Positions 8,567 through 17,662 of a DNA stretch of 26,782 bases are shown piece by piece. How positions within the stretch are numbered: position 1 is the first letter of the stretch; every line of letters begins with the position of its first letter. The notes beneath the pieces are model-generated. The model did no database searches, was not told the DNA's origin, and worked only from the letters and a program-made list of their open reading frames with translations. Origin of the DNA: a virus (Duplodnaviria > Caudoviricetes); the IMG/VR virus record IMGVR_UViG_3300020044_005261, positions 1 to 26,782 of that record; one strand, given 5' to 3'. The translations under genes and the position numbers were made by a program.

Positions 8567-9517
8567 TTAGTTAGCAGAATTGGTAATTCCGTAAGTTACG
8601 ATATCTTCAATAACTCCGTATTGAACACCAGCAGTCATACGCATTACAACTCTCACGTTTTGTGATCCATCAATATCGGCTAAATCTAAAACTTTAACCT
8701 CTGTCATATCGTCCATCAAAGAAGTTCCGAAGAACAAGTTATCTTTAGTGGTAGCGATTGCTTTGTTAGAAGCTAAACCATTTGCAACAAATAATTTAAC
8801 ACCATCAAACATTAAGTCACCAAATTGTTGGTTGTTACCTTTAGCATCAAAACCAGCAGCACCTAAACCACTTGCACCAAATCCACCTAAAGCTCTTACA
8901 TAAGCTCTATAAATGTTTTGTGAAACGTAAATATGTAACATTTCGTTACCATACAAAGAAGCAGGAATAGCATCAACGATTTTACCTAATTCAGCAACTA
9001 CGTTAGAAGCTGTTACAGTAGTACCAGCAATTTCTTGTGCAGCAGGTAAAGCAGCATCTAAAGCAACCAAAGTAGCAAAACCATTGTACTCACCAGCGTT
9101 TGAAGCAACACCGCTCCAGATGTTAGTTTCGTTTTTAGCAGCAACTTTAGCAGCAATATGAGCAACTAAGAAATCTTGGAATGAAGTAGGTAAAACGTCG
9201 AATGAAGAAAAACCTTGCTCAACTGAAAGCCAATCAGAATGGAAGTCTTTTTTGCAAAGTTGCAAATTAACTTGTAAATCTTTTACTTCCAATACTTTTT
9301 CAGTCAATGTTACAGTAGAAGTAGCATCGAAATCACAAGTAGCATTTTTTAAGATAGCATCAGTAGAAAGTTTTTTAATAACTTCTTTATATTTGATACC
9401 CGGTTTTACTTCGATACCACCATTGTTGATAGTATTTGCTGACAATAAAGCTGCAGCAACGATTTTCTTTTTAAATTCACCAGCATAAGTTGTGGTGATT
9501 GATGTAGTAGTAGCCAT
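8567..9517 (-). CDS. Major capsid protein
   Basis: 316 aa starting MATTTSITTTYAGEF; follows protease and scaffold, and is followed by a terminator. Confidence 0.85.
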   Translation of the reverse strand: MATTTSITTTYAGEFKKKIVAAALLSANTINNGGIEVKPGIKYKEVIKKLSTDAILKNATCDFDATSTVTLTEKVLEVKDLQVNLQLCKKDFHSDWLSVEQGFSSFDVLPTSFQDFLVAHIAAKVAAKNETNIWSGVASNAGEYNGFATLVALDAALPAAQEIAGTTVTASNVVAELGKIVDAIPASLYGNEMLHIYVSQNIYRAYVRALGGFGASGLGAAGFDAKGNNQQFGDLMFDGVKLFVANGLASNKAIATTKDNLFFGTSLMDDMTEVKVLDLADIDGSQNVRVVMRMTAGVQYGVIEDIVTYGITNSAN

Positions 9518-9522
9518 TTTTT

Positions 9523-10077
9523 TTAATTAAATAATTTTGAATAAACTGTGTCTTTTGTAGATTTTGCTCTGTTGTTTCCGTATTTAAACATTTCAACTTT
9601 TTGAGCTTCTGGGTTGTGATTAATAGCTTCAGCAGCCGCTTCCTCTTGGATAGATAATTCCAAAGCTTCTTTTTCTGCTTTGATTAATGAAAGCTCTGCT
9701 CTCAATTTCTCAATTTCCTCAAAAAATGTTTCTTTGCTTACGCTTTCAACAACTCTTTTTGGTGCAGGTGCAGCTTCCATTTCTGGCGCTACAACTTCTT
9801 CTGGAGCAGGTGCAGGCTCGGCTTCTTCAGCTGGTGCATCTTTAATTTCATAGATAACTCCCTCTTGTTCTACGCTAAGAACTTGACCATTTTCTAACTC
9901 ATAGCTACCAACTGGCATAGGCACAATGCCATCAGCTGTAACTACTCCGATAGAGTACTCTGGTGCAAATTGCTCTGCTTCAACAACAGTAATGCCATCA
10001 ACGAGCTTCATCTGCTCTAACTTCACTTCAATAGAAAGCAAAGTTTTGATTTTGTTTAATGTGTTTTTGTATTCCAT
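9523..10077 (-). CDS. Capsid scaffolding protein
   Basis: Very acidic, with a PAEEAEPAPAPEE linker and coiled coil (EEIEKLRAELSLIKAEKEALEL); directly upstream of the capsid gene. Confidence 0.7.
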   Translation of the reverse strand: MEYKNTLNKIKTLLSIEVKLEQMKLVDGITVVEAEQFAPEYSIGVVTADGIVPMPVGSYELENGQVLSVEQEGVIYEIKDAPAEEAEPAPAPEEVVAPEMEAAPAPKRVVESVSKETFFEEIEKLRAELSLIKAEKEALELSIQEEAAAEAINHNPEAQKVEMFKYGNNRAKSTKDTVYSKLFN

Positions 10078-10079
10078 TT

Positions 10080-10271
10080 TTAATTTGATATATTATTTAT
10101 TGTTCTTACTTGTGTTATGTTTTGAACTTCTGAAATAGATTGCTCATTTAAAGCACCAATTCCTTGATTTATTAATTCACCTTTACAACAATCTTTGTCG
10201 TAAGTTTTGCCATCTTCGCAAAGGCAACCACGTTTACCTCCAACTGGACTTGTAACTTTATCTTTAGCCAT
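10080..10271 (-). CDS. Small Cys-rich head-operon protein (63 aa)
   Basis: Start reassigned to ATG 10271 (MAKDKVTSP), overlapping the protease stop; motif RGCLC.DG.TY...CC.G....QGIG. Confidence 0.7.
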   Translation of the reverse strand: MAKDKVTSPVGGKRGCLCEDGKTYDKDCCKGELINQGIGALNEQSISEVQNITQVRTINNISN

Positions 10272-10830
10272 TATTGATAATTTCTTTAATTGTATTAATA
10301 AGTTCTTCATCTTGCATTTGCATCTCTAATTTATCGGCAAAGTAACCCTCAATAGAAAATCCTTTTACCTCACCAGATTTTACTCTTTTCCAAACATCTT
10401 CATTTTCAACTTTCATTGAAATCATCCACGTTCCGCTTGGTAAATTAAATCCGTACTTTTTAGATTTATCCATTTCAGGATCTTCCACTATCCAACTTTC
10501 AACAACTGTCATTCCATCTATCTTAGATTTGTGTTGCAGCGTTGCGTTGCTTTGGTTGCCATTCATTAAAAATAACTCCGAAGCTTTTTTAATGGTATCT
10601 TCAGAAAAGAAAACATAAAATTCGTCTTGCTTTACTCTCCTATAAATCTGCTTATTTGGAATTAAAGCAGCACCCATTAAAATACGCTTGTCGGTATCAA
10701 CCTCTGCAAGCTTCATTTCATAGGTATCTGCTAAGGCAATAAAATTGCTTTCAATTGCAGGTGCATCAACAACGCTAACCGCATCAATGCCATCTGTATC
10801 TTTGTCAATTATCAATTCTACTATTCGCAT
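10264..10830 (-). CDS. Prohead maturation protease (XkdF-like serine protease)
   Basis: Motifs TLQH, VESW, LP.GTW and VK.GEVKGFSIEG; first gene of the head block. Confidence 0.85.
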   Translation of the reverse strand: MRIVELIIDKDTDGIDAVSVVDAPAIESNFIALADTYEMKLAEVDTDKRILMGAALIPNKQIYRRVKQDEFYVFFSEDTIKKASELFLMNGNQSNATLQHKSKIDGMTVVESWIVEDPEMDKSKKYGFNLPSGTWMISMKVENEDVWKRVKSGEVKGFSIEGYFADKLEMQMQDEELINTIKEIINNG

Positions 10831-10836
10831 ATTAAT

Positions 10837-10860
10837 TAAACGTAAATTTATATTTTTGTT
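10837..10860 (-). promoter_or_regulatory. Putative phage late promoter, copy 2 (AACAAAA-atataaa-TTTACGTTTA, 6 nt before ATG 10830)
   Basis: Identical bipartite motif in the 41-nt gap before the protease gene. Confidence 0.85.
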
Positions 10861-10871
10861 ATATTTTCAAA

Positions 10872-12767
10872 TTATCCTAATGAAGCTGACTTCACTATAT
10901 TTCTATCCAAACTTTGCGCAGTTGTAACATCGTTACTTACTACATAAGCCCTGATAGGTTGTTGTTGGTTATTACTAAACGCTTGCGCTACTTGATTAAC
11001 ACCACCTGTACCAACCACATTAAATTGTGGCGGTGCTGGAGGAGTTGCAGCAGAAATTCCACCAGATGCAGCACCAGCAGGAGCAGCACCACCTCCTCCG
11101 CCATTTGGAACTTGTACTTTTAAAATATTTTTAACAGCAGCAAAACCAGCTAATCCAGTTGCAACTGCTTGAACTATTGCATAACCTGGTATTGGAACTC
11201 CAGCAAAAGCTCTTAATTGTCCAGCTATTGCAGCGTAAGTATTTATCAAGGCAGCAGCTACCGCTGTGGCTTTTCCAGCGGCAGTATTTTTACCTATCAA
11301 ATCAGAAACAACTTCTAATCCGTTGGCTGTTGCGTTTAATAATAATTGGTTATGTGCAAATTCTTCTTCTTTTATTTTTTTCTTTGCTTCTGCATTTACT
11401 TTATCAGCTTCCAATTCATATTGTCTTGCTGCATCGTTGTCTGATATTTCCTTACTTCTTGCATTAAGATTTGTTGTTACTAAATTGTTTAAATGCTTTG
11501 CACGTTCATCCTCAATTACTTTATTCTTTTTACGCTCGTAATCGTAATTCTCTTGGATTAATTTATCACCAGCTTTTAAACTTTCTTGTCTTAATCTTTC
11601 AGCTTCTTTGTCTTTTTCTTTTTGCGCTGCTTTAGCTTTATCCGCCGCTGCTTTGTCGATAGCTTGACCTTGTAGAATATACCCCGCCCTATCGTTTTGA
11701 ATTTTAAGTAAAGCATCTTGTTGCTTTTTTAAAACTTCATTACCATTCGCTTCTACTTTTACTGGATCAAAAACAAAGCCTGCTAATTTTGCAGCACCTA
11801 AATCCGATAGCTTACTGATTTCATCATTTATATTTATTGCCGTTACTTTAGAAAATCCCAAAGTTGTGGCTACTTTATTAACTGTACCAATTAATAAATC
11901 AATCGGAGCTGCTAATATTCTTAAAGGTAAAATCGAAGCTTCAACTGCATATTTAGTAAAGGTTTTTAGGTAATTAAAATTCCTTTCCTCTGCCGCTTTT
12001 AATGCTTTATTTGTTGTGGCTATATTTAATAATTCTACTTTTCCGAGCGCAATAGCTTCATCTGTCTTTTTAATTTTAATTGCTAAAATCTCTTTTTCAG
12101 ATTTACCCTGCAACTTAAGTACATTATCTTGTGCGCTTATCGTTTCAAGTTCTTTTACTTTGGTATCAAAAGAAACCTTTGATGCTTCGTTTAACTTTCT
12201 TTGCTCGGCTGTAACTCCGCTTACCGCTTCTTTGATGTCGTCCCAATATGCAACAATAGCACCTAAAGCAACTAAGAAAAGACCAATACCTGTGGCTGCT
12301 ATTCCGTTTTTAATTCCTTTTAAAGCGTTTACCGCAACTGCACCTAATTGTTTAAAACTATCACGTGCTTCACCAACTGCTTGAAGTCCACTTGCTAAAG
12401 CCATCGCTGATTGAACTCTTAAAATAGCCTTTTCAACTTCTTTGCTTTCTTCACCAAACAACCCCATCGCACCAGTTATGGCACTAAATCCACCAGCAAC
12501 ACCAGTCAAAGATGAAGAAACTGCTTTAAACTTTGCATCTGGATTAAACGCATCGGTTAAGGCCTTGGCATCGCTAATAGCATCTTTTAATTGTGCCGCA
12601 CGCTTTGCCGCTTCTATTGCTTGTTTTGATGTAGCACCAAACTTATCTGATAATTGCGCCACATCTTGTTGCGCTTCCCTTAGTTGTGTTCTAAGACTTT
12701 TTACGCTTGAAGTTGTTTCATCTATATTATCGGTAACCTTAAGATTAACTATTTTTTCTTGTGCCAT
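10872..12767 (-). CDS. Tape measure-like protein
   Basis: 631 aa, Ala/Lys-rich, helical and coiled-coil, with hydrophobic stretches (ATGIGLFLVALGAIVAYWDDIK) and a Gly/Pro linker near the C-terminus. Confidence 0.75.
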   Translation of the reverse strand: MAQEKIVNLKVTDNIDETTSSVKSLRTQLREAQQDVAQLSDKFGATSKQAIEAAKRAAQLKDAISDAKALTDAFNPDAKFKAVSSSLTGVAGGFSAITGAMGLFGEESKEVEKAILRVQSAMALASGLQAVGEARDSFKQLGAVAVNALKGIKNGIAATGIGLFLVALGAIVAYWDDIKEAVSGVTAEQRKLNEASKVSFDTKVKELETISAQDNVLKLQGKSEKEILAIKIKKTDEAIALGKVELLNIATTNKALKAAEERNFNYLKTFTKYAVEASILPLRILAAPIDLLIGTVNKVATTLGFSKVTAININDEISKLSDLGAAKLAGFVFDPVKVEANGNEVLKKQQDALLKIQNDRAGYILQGQAIDKAAADKAKAAQKEKDKEAERLRQESLKAGDKLIQENYDYERKKNKVIEDERAKHLNNLVTTNLNARSKEISDNDAARQYELEADKVNAEAKKKIKEEEFAHNQLLLNATANGLEVVSDLIGKNTAAGKATAVAAALINTYAAIAGQLRAFAGVPIPGYAIVQAVATGLAGFAAVKNILKVQVPNGGGGGAAPAGAASGGISAATPPAPPQFNVVGTGGVNQVAQAFSNNQQQPIRAYVVSNDVTTAQSLDRNIVKSASLG

Positions 12768-12898
12768 ATCCTTTTTAATTGTTTAATTCCTTTTGACCAC
12801 GTTGTTGGTATTTCGTATTTACCTTTTGCTATCTCTATATTTTCGCTTTGGTTATAATGTTCGTGTAAAGCTAAAAGTTGTAAAATGTTTTTTATCAT
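12749..12898 (-). CDS. Small hypothetical protein (49 aa)
   Basis: Not in the ORF track: MIKNILQLLALHEHYNQSENIEIAKGKYEIPTTWSKGIKQLKRIWHKKK. ATGA-coupled to the upstream gene and overlapping the tape measure start. Confidence 0.75.
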   Translation of the reverse strand: MIKNILQLLALHEHYNQSENIEIAKGKYEIPTTWSKGIKQLKRIWHKKK

Positions 12899-14895
12899 CT
12901 GAAATTTGTTAGTAAATCAAAATCAACAACACCAGTTGTTAAGTCTGTGGTGAATGAATTTATTAAATATTTTTTATCCCTTACTATTAAGCAATCGTTT
13001 AATTTTATTGAAGTAAGTAGGCTAATTGGTAAAACTGCTTTTATCTTAATTTTCCTTGCTTTGTAGTTGAAAATATTATTGATGTATGTTTCATAATATT
13101 GATTAAATAAAGTCTTTGTTTCAACTTGACCTGTCAAACTGCTTTGCTCTGTGCCCCAATTTATTGTATAATTACTTCCACTTATTAAAGCATCTTGACC
13201 AAAGGCATTATAAAATCCTAAGTAGTTATTTGTCGTTCCATTACCTAAATAAAAATTACACGGAAGTAGTGTGCCATAATCGTAAAGTACAATAGGCTTT
13301 GGCTTGTAAGGTTTTAAGTCTGATTTTAAAGAATAACCAACTTGAAATTGTGTGCCTGTAAATTTATTAAAAGGTAAGTTTTCAAATGGAAGTTTTACAT
13401 CATAATTACCACCATCAATAGCTAATTGAAATTCCAAATCTCCGTACTCTTGCAAGCTATTGGCTCTGTATAAAACCGCTAAATTGCTTTCGCTTTTTTC
13501 GTATTTAAAATTGATATTCTTATAAGTTGTTTGTCTATCAATATCCGTTGTATCGCTTACTACATATTTACTAATATCTATCGTTGCACCATTGGCATAC
13601 CACGCTTCAAGTTGCTCAATTCTAAAAACTCCTGAAGTGTCCGAATAACAAGTTAAGTTAAACATCTTTAGAATACCAGCAATAAAATCTTCAACTGTTA
13701 TCTCTGGCATATAAGCTGATATGTCTAAAGATGCTAAAGTTGTTTGCGTTGTTGTAGTTTGCGCTGAAAGTGTATTTGTTACAGGTAAACCTGTTACTGG
13801 ATCAAGTCCATCAACTTGATAGTTAAAAGTAGCGTTATAAGATAAGGCTGTATTCGAGCCAACTGAAAAAGTATAAACACCAACGCTATCCAATGGCACC
13901 TCAATTACAAAAGGTAATAAAGTAGATACCAAATTTAAAGTAGATATTTTTACTCCATCTTTATAGAATATAAATTGATATGGACTGCCAGCAGTTGTAA
14001 AAGATATTTCTAAAAAACCAGATACCGTGCTTGTAGTTTGAACTCCGTTTGGTGTTATAAGTTTACCCCCATCGTAAGTGAAACTATCGGTAGTTAAATT
14101 AAAATTATCACCTACAATAGTTGGAGATGCTGTCTTGCTTCCGAAGTTTATCTTTGTCGGGGCAGGCACATATTTAAACAAAGCATCTGCATTTTTAAGA
14201 TATAAAAATAACCTCTTAAATCTGTCATCATTTAAAATAGCACCTGAAAATGTAACGCCTAAAGAAGCGGCAATCACTTTAAATATTTCACTCACCCTCA
14301 TGGCAGGATAAAGCTCGTTTATATAAGCTGGCGTTGCTACGTTTGTAATGTCCCAATTTGTGGGAACATTGCCACCACCACCATACTGCCAAACATTACC
14401 ACTTGATATTAAAGGGAATTTAACGTGCCCTGTTACGGTTGTGCCAATCGCATCTGCAACTCTTTCTAAATTATATTCAATATTATAAGCAGTGAAATCT
14501 AACTGCTTTAATTGCTTACCATTAAAAGCATCTTTCAAAGATATTAAGCTACCAAAGAAAGTAATACTGTAATTCTCTGGCTGTCCGTTTTTTAAAGAAG
14601 CCTTTTCTAATTGTATCTTACCTTTACGAAAACGTATAGTGTCTAATTCAATGTAGGCATCTTTTCTAATTCGTGCATCAAAAGCATTATCTATACTATT
14701 CTCGTACCAATGGCCGAAGATAGCATTGTTTTGCTTTGTTGCAGGAACAGTAAACGATTGCGAATAATCTGTAAATACTTTCGATAAATCTGCCGTGTCT
14801 TGCACCGAAGAAGTTACGCTTATCTTTTCATCGCTAAACAGTTCAATGCGTTTTGCAACTCCGTTAATATAAATATAAATAGCTACTGTTACCAT
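12895..14895 (-). CDS. Large tail/baseplate (hub-like) structural protein
   Basis: 666 aa, beta-rich with a Thr-rich central segment; tail block context. Confidence 0.65.
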   Translation of the reverse strand: MVTVAIYIYINGVAKRIELFSDEKISVTSSVQDTADLSKVFTDYSQSFTVPATKQNNAIFGHWYENSIDNAFDARIRKDAYIELDTIRFRKGKIQLEKASLKNGQPENYSITFFGSLISLKDAFNGKQLKQLDFTAYNIEYNLERVADAIGTTVTGHVKFPLISSGNVWQYGGGGNVPTNWDITNVATPAYINELYPAMRVSEIFKVIAASLGVTFSGAILNDDRFKRLFLYLKNADALFKYVPAPTKINFGSKTASPTIVGDNFNLTTDSFTYDGGKLITPNGVQTTSTVSGFLEISFTTAGSPYQFIFYKDGVKISTLNLVSTLLPFVIEVPLDSVGVYTFSVGSNTALSYNATFNYQVDGLDPVTGLPVTNTLSAQTTTTQTTLASLDISAYMPEITVEDFIAGILKMFNLTCYSDTSGVFRIEQLEAWYANGATIDISKYVVSDTTDIDRQTTYKNINFKYEKSESNLAVLYRANSLQEYGDLEFQLAIDGGNYDVKLPFENLPFNKFTGTQFQVGYSLKSDLKPYKPKPIVLYDYGTLLPCNFYLGNGTTNNYLGFYNAFGQDALISGSNYTINWGTEQSSLTGQVETKTLFNQYYETYINNIFNYKARKIKIKAVLPISLLTSIKLNDCLIVRDKKYLINSFTTDLTTGVVDFDLLTNFR

Positions 14896-15944
14896 TAAAC
14901 TACGTTATTAATTAAATCAAATGCAAAGTCAAACTCTATTTCATAATTTATCATTTTATTGTTGGTGCGTGTTTTAAGTTCCACGCCTTGCGTTTTTGAT
15001 GTAACTGGTTTACCATCTAAAAAAATAGTATCGCTCAATAATAGGTCTTGAATTATATTGTTATAATTCTCATTTACCCAACCTGTATTTAATCTAACAC
15101 TTTGGTTACCATTGATATTAAACAACTTTGTTTTACCAACTGTTACATCGTAATTTACACCCGAAGGCATAATGTTATATTTCGTGCCTTGGGTTGTAAT
15201 ATTGTTATATTGCGCTTTGAAAAATGTTAAAGTCTGAAATCCACCAAAACGATTTATAAACCTACATATAACCGGCTCGTATTTCATCTCGCAAACAGGA
15301 TAAACAGCAAACTCTTTTCTATCTGTTAAAGTTGTACCAACATAATATTTAATAATAAGTTTATTGCCTTTTTTATAATGATAATTTACCTTTGATATAG
15401 GTACATTAAAAATACTTTTACCAACTGTATTGTAAGTGTCTGTAGCTTCGTGGAAGCCATTAAAATCTTGATAGGTAACATCTACCCTATCTGGACTAGT
15501 AAGCTCGGCAAACACGCTTAAATTAGGTATGTCGTAAGATAAAGCGTATGGATCGTTATTATGGTAATATAAATCTAAATTGTCATCTGCCAATACTGAA
15601 AACTTTGCTAAAGCGTGCGTTTGATTATATCCACCAGAATAGTTGTTATATCCATTTACTGCTGTGTGCGCAACTGTATCTAATAGCGTATAATTACCAA
15701 CCGTGGTTTCTTTGTATCTTTTTACAGTTACGTTTACAAATCCTGAAGTTACGAACTCTGAAACAAATGGACTTATATTGTATACGTTTTCACGCTGCGT
15801 TGCTGAAGCGATTGCTTTTGAAAAGCTATACGTTGGCGTAGACGGAATGGTACCCGTTTTCCAAATAAACAATTCAACTTTACTTCCTACTTGTCCGCTT
15901 TCATCTATCGTAATAAAATACGGACTTCTAATATTTAATATCAT
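14895..15944 (-). CDS. Tail structural protein (distal-tail-like)
   Basis: 349 aa; C-terminal FINRFGG...LNTGWV.E......DLLLS pattern; coupled to both neighbours. Confidence 0.6.
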   Translation of the reverse strand: MILNIRSPYFITIDESGQVGSKVELFIWKTGTIPSTPTYSFSKAIASATQRENVYNISPFVSEFVTSGFVNVTVKRYKETTVGNYTLLDTVAHTAVNGYNNYSGGYNQTHALAKFSVLADDNLDLYYHNNDPYALSYDIPNLSVFAELTSPDRVDVTYQDFNGFHEATDTYNTVGKSIFNVPISKVNYHYKKGNKLIIKYYVGTTLTDRKEFAVYPVCEMKYEPVICRFINRFGGFQTLTFFKAQYNNITTQGTKYNIMPSGVNYDVTVGKTKLFNINGNQSVRLNTGWVNENYNNIIQDLLLSDTIFLDGKPVTSKTQGVELKTRTNNKMINYEIEFDFAFDLINNVV

Positions 15945-16447
15945 AAATTTACATCTATCATTGTGTCTAAGTCATCACCAAAAGATTTTAGCAAGTCAAT
16001 ATCAATATACTTTTTATAACCTGCTTCAAATGGCTTTGTAAAAAATAAGCTCGGCTTCATTCCTTTTTGAAATATTGAACGTGCTATCAGGTAAGCTAAA
16101 GTATTATCTTTTATAAACTTGCCTTCTTTATCTCTACCTTTTAAACCCCTCCTTTTTACCCACTTCGCAATCACCGCTACTGGCGGCATCTTACTTTTAA
16201 ACGAGTAAGGACTGTTTGGCGCTTTTGCTGAACTAATAGAACCCTTTACACCTTTGTCAACAAACAATCCGTGCAAGTCCATACTAAAGCCAACAATACT
16301 ATAATTGTTCTCTGTTACAACTTCACCTTTTAAGCTGTTGTAAAGTTTCTTAGTATCGTTCTTTCTATTCTTAGTTAAGTTAGAACGTGATTGCTGTATC
16401 ACATAATTACGAAACCTTAATAGTGTGGCCTGCGTTTGCTCTAACAT
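15941..16447 (-). CDS. Tail completion / neck protein (HK97 gp10-like role)
   Basis: Basic 168 aa protein (T..LYNSL; G.FVD.GV; PP...I.KW...RG; IARSI...G.KP..FF). Confidence 0.6.
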   Translation of the reverse strand: MLEQTQATLLRFRNYVIQQSRSNLTKNRKNDTKKLYNSLKGEVVTENNYSIVGFSMDLHGLFVDKGVKGSISSAKAPNSPYSFKSKMPPVAVIAKWVKRRGLKGRDKEGKFIKDNTLAYLIARSIFQKGMKPSLFFTKPFEAGYKKYIDIDLLKSFGDDLDTMIDVNL

Positions 16448-16896
16448 ATAGTCATATCGTTTGGAATAATCGCATCAAATGTTAAAGTCCAACCTGCTAT
16501 CTTGTTTTCAAACCTATCTACAAACGGCTCTGCATTTATAGTTCCAACCGCTTCAAAGTTTATATCGACTAAACTTCCACGAAGCATATCACTAACAAAT
16601 CTATTAGCTATTGTTAATTGTGTGTTCAATACATCTAACTCATTATCATTACCCTCAAATACATCAACCGTTTCGCTTTTGCTTTCATCAACTATATCCA
16701 TAAAAAGTATTGATATATTCAACGTAATAAGTGTATCGCTAAGCGTTGCATTGTTGGTAATGATATGCGTCAAAGGAAATATAGTTTGCTTTGCCAAATC
16801 AACATCAAAAATATCACCCGTTGTTACTGTGTTTATTAAACCAGTATTCTTTAGGTAATCCTTAATCGTTTTAATTATGTAATAATATCCGTTCAT
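16441..16896 (-). CDS. Putative tail terminator
   Basis: Acidic 151 aa alpha/beta protein (FPL.HI; EPF.DRF.N.IAGW) next to the neck gene. Confidence 0.5.
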   Translation of the reverse strand: MNGYYYIIKTIKDYLKNTGLINTVTTGDIFDVDLAKQTIFPLTHIITNNATLSDTLITLNISILFMDIVDESKSETVDVFEGNDNELDVLNTQLTIANRFVSDMLRGSLVDINFEAVGTINAEPFVDRFENKIAGWTLTFDAIIPNDMTIC

Positions 16897-17144
16897 TTTC
16901 TTTTTATCAATTTAGCTTCCAAATTATTCTTTTGCTTTTCAAAGGTTAAATACATTAAGCATTGGTGTAAGGGTAATCTCGTAACGGCATCAAATCTTGT
17001 AACATCTCCTTTAGCGAGGGCATAGATAGATTGATACCATCCCCAGCGTTGGCTAAATTGTGCGCTTTCAGTGTAGTCTGTACCTCCTTGTTGTTCTCCA
17101 AATAATTCATCGTACTGCTCAATAATTCGTTCCCTAAATCCCAA
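16893..17144 (-). CDS. -1 frame C-terminal extension of the tail assembly chaperone (lambda gpT-like segment)
   Basis: Starts only at a TTG inside the T9 run and overlaps the 225 aa ORF by 190 nt. It ends in an ATGA overlap with the next gene, which suggests it is translated. Confidence 0.75.
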   Translation of the reverse strand: MGFRERIIEQYDELFGEQQGGTDYTESAQFSQRWGWYQSIYALAKGDVTRFDAVTRLPLHQCLMYLTFEKQKNNLEAKLIKRK

Positions 17145-17632
17145 AAAAAAACAACCGCACCTAAAGCTACATCTAAAGGCATATACTCCATAACTTCTGC
17201 ATAAGTTATCGATCCATTATATTGCTCAATTAAATACTTATCCTTTTGCTTCTTTATAATTGGTCTAAATAATACTGCCATTGCTTTGTGCATACTATCC
17301 CAATCGGTTATGTATGTATCTAAATCCATATACTCACCGTTGGTCATTTCCTCTAAGTTCGGAATAAAGCCAAACTCTAAGCTACCAATAGTGAAACGAT
17401 TTATTAGTTTAGTTTTTTGAGTGAATAAGTTTGATAGGTTGTTGGTAATATCGTTTACATCTTTGAAGCGCATTGATGAAACGTATTTTAAATCTACGCC
17501 ACAAAATATTTGAAGCATTTTTTGCTGTAAGAATTCCGTGTCTTTATTATCTTTAGCAACCTTTAAAAACGCTTGATATTGCTTTAGATTAATTTCACTA
17601 AGTTTAGTTGGTATAGTAATCTTTAAGTCCAT
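16955..17632 (-). CDS. Putative tail assembly chaperone (lambda gpG-like, frameshifting)
   Basis: First gene of the tail block; contains GTT TTT TTT TGG (V-F-F-W) at 17152-17141. Confidence 0.7.
   Translation of the reverse strand: MDLKITIPTKLSEINLKQYQAFLKVAKDNKDTEFLQQKMLQIFCGVDLKYVSSMRFKDVNDITNNLSNLFTQKTKLINRFTIGSLEFGFIPNLEEMTNGEYMDLDTYITDWDSMHKAMAVLFRPIIKKQKDKYLIEQYNGSITYAEVMEYMPLDVALGAVVFFWDLGNELLSSTMNYLENNKEVQTTLKAHNLANAGDGINLSMPSLKEMLQDLMPLRDYPYTNA
17143..17151 (-). other. Slippery U9 site (candidate programmed -1 frameshift)
   Basis: Nine consecutive T on the coding strand, at the junction with the overlapping -1 frame ORF. Confidence 0.8.
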
Positions 17633-17638
17633 ACCTTA

Positions 17639-17662
17639 TAAACGTAAAAAGTTAGTTTTGTT
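17639..17662 (-). promoter_or_regulatory. Putative phage late promoter, copy 3 (AACAAAA-ctaactt-TTTACGTTTA, 6 nt before ATG 17632)
   Basis: Identical bipartite motif filling the gap between terL and the tail block; the AAC overlaps the terL TAA stop. Confidence 0.85.

Noticed and set aside
8921-8947. Partial late-motif match (gaaacgtaaa) inside the capsid gene
   Set aside because: It has a mismatch in the core, no AACAAAA half-site at the 7-nt spacing and no downstream start codon.
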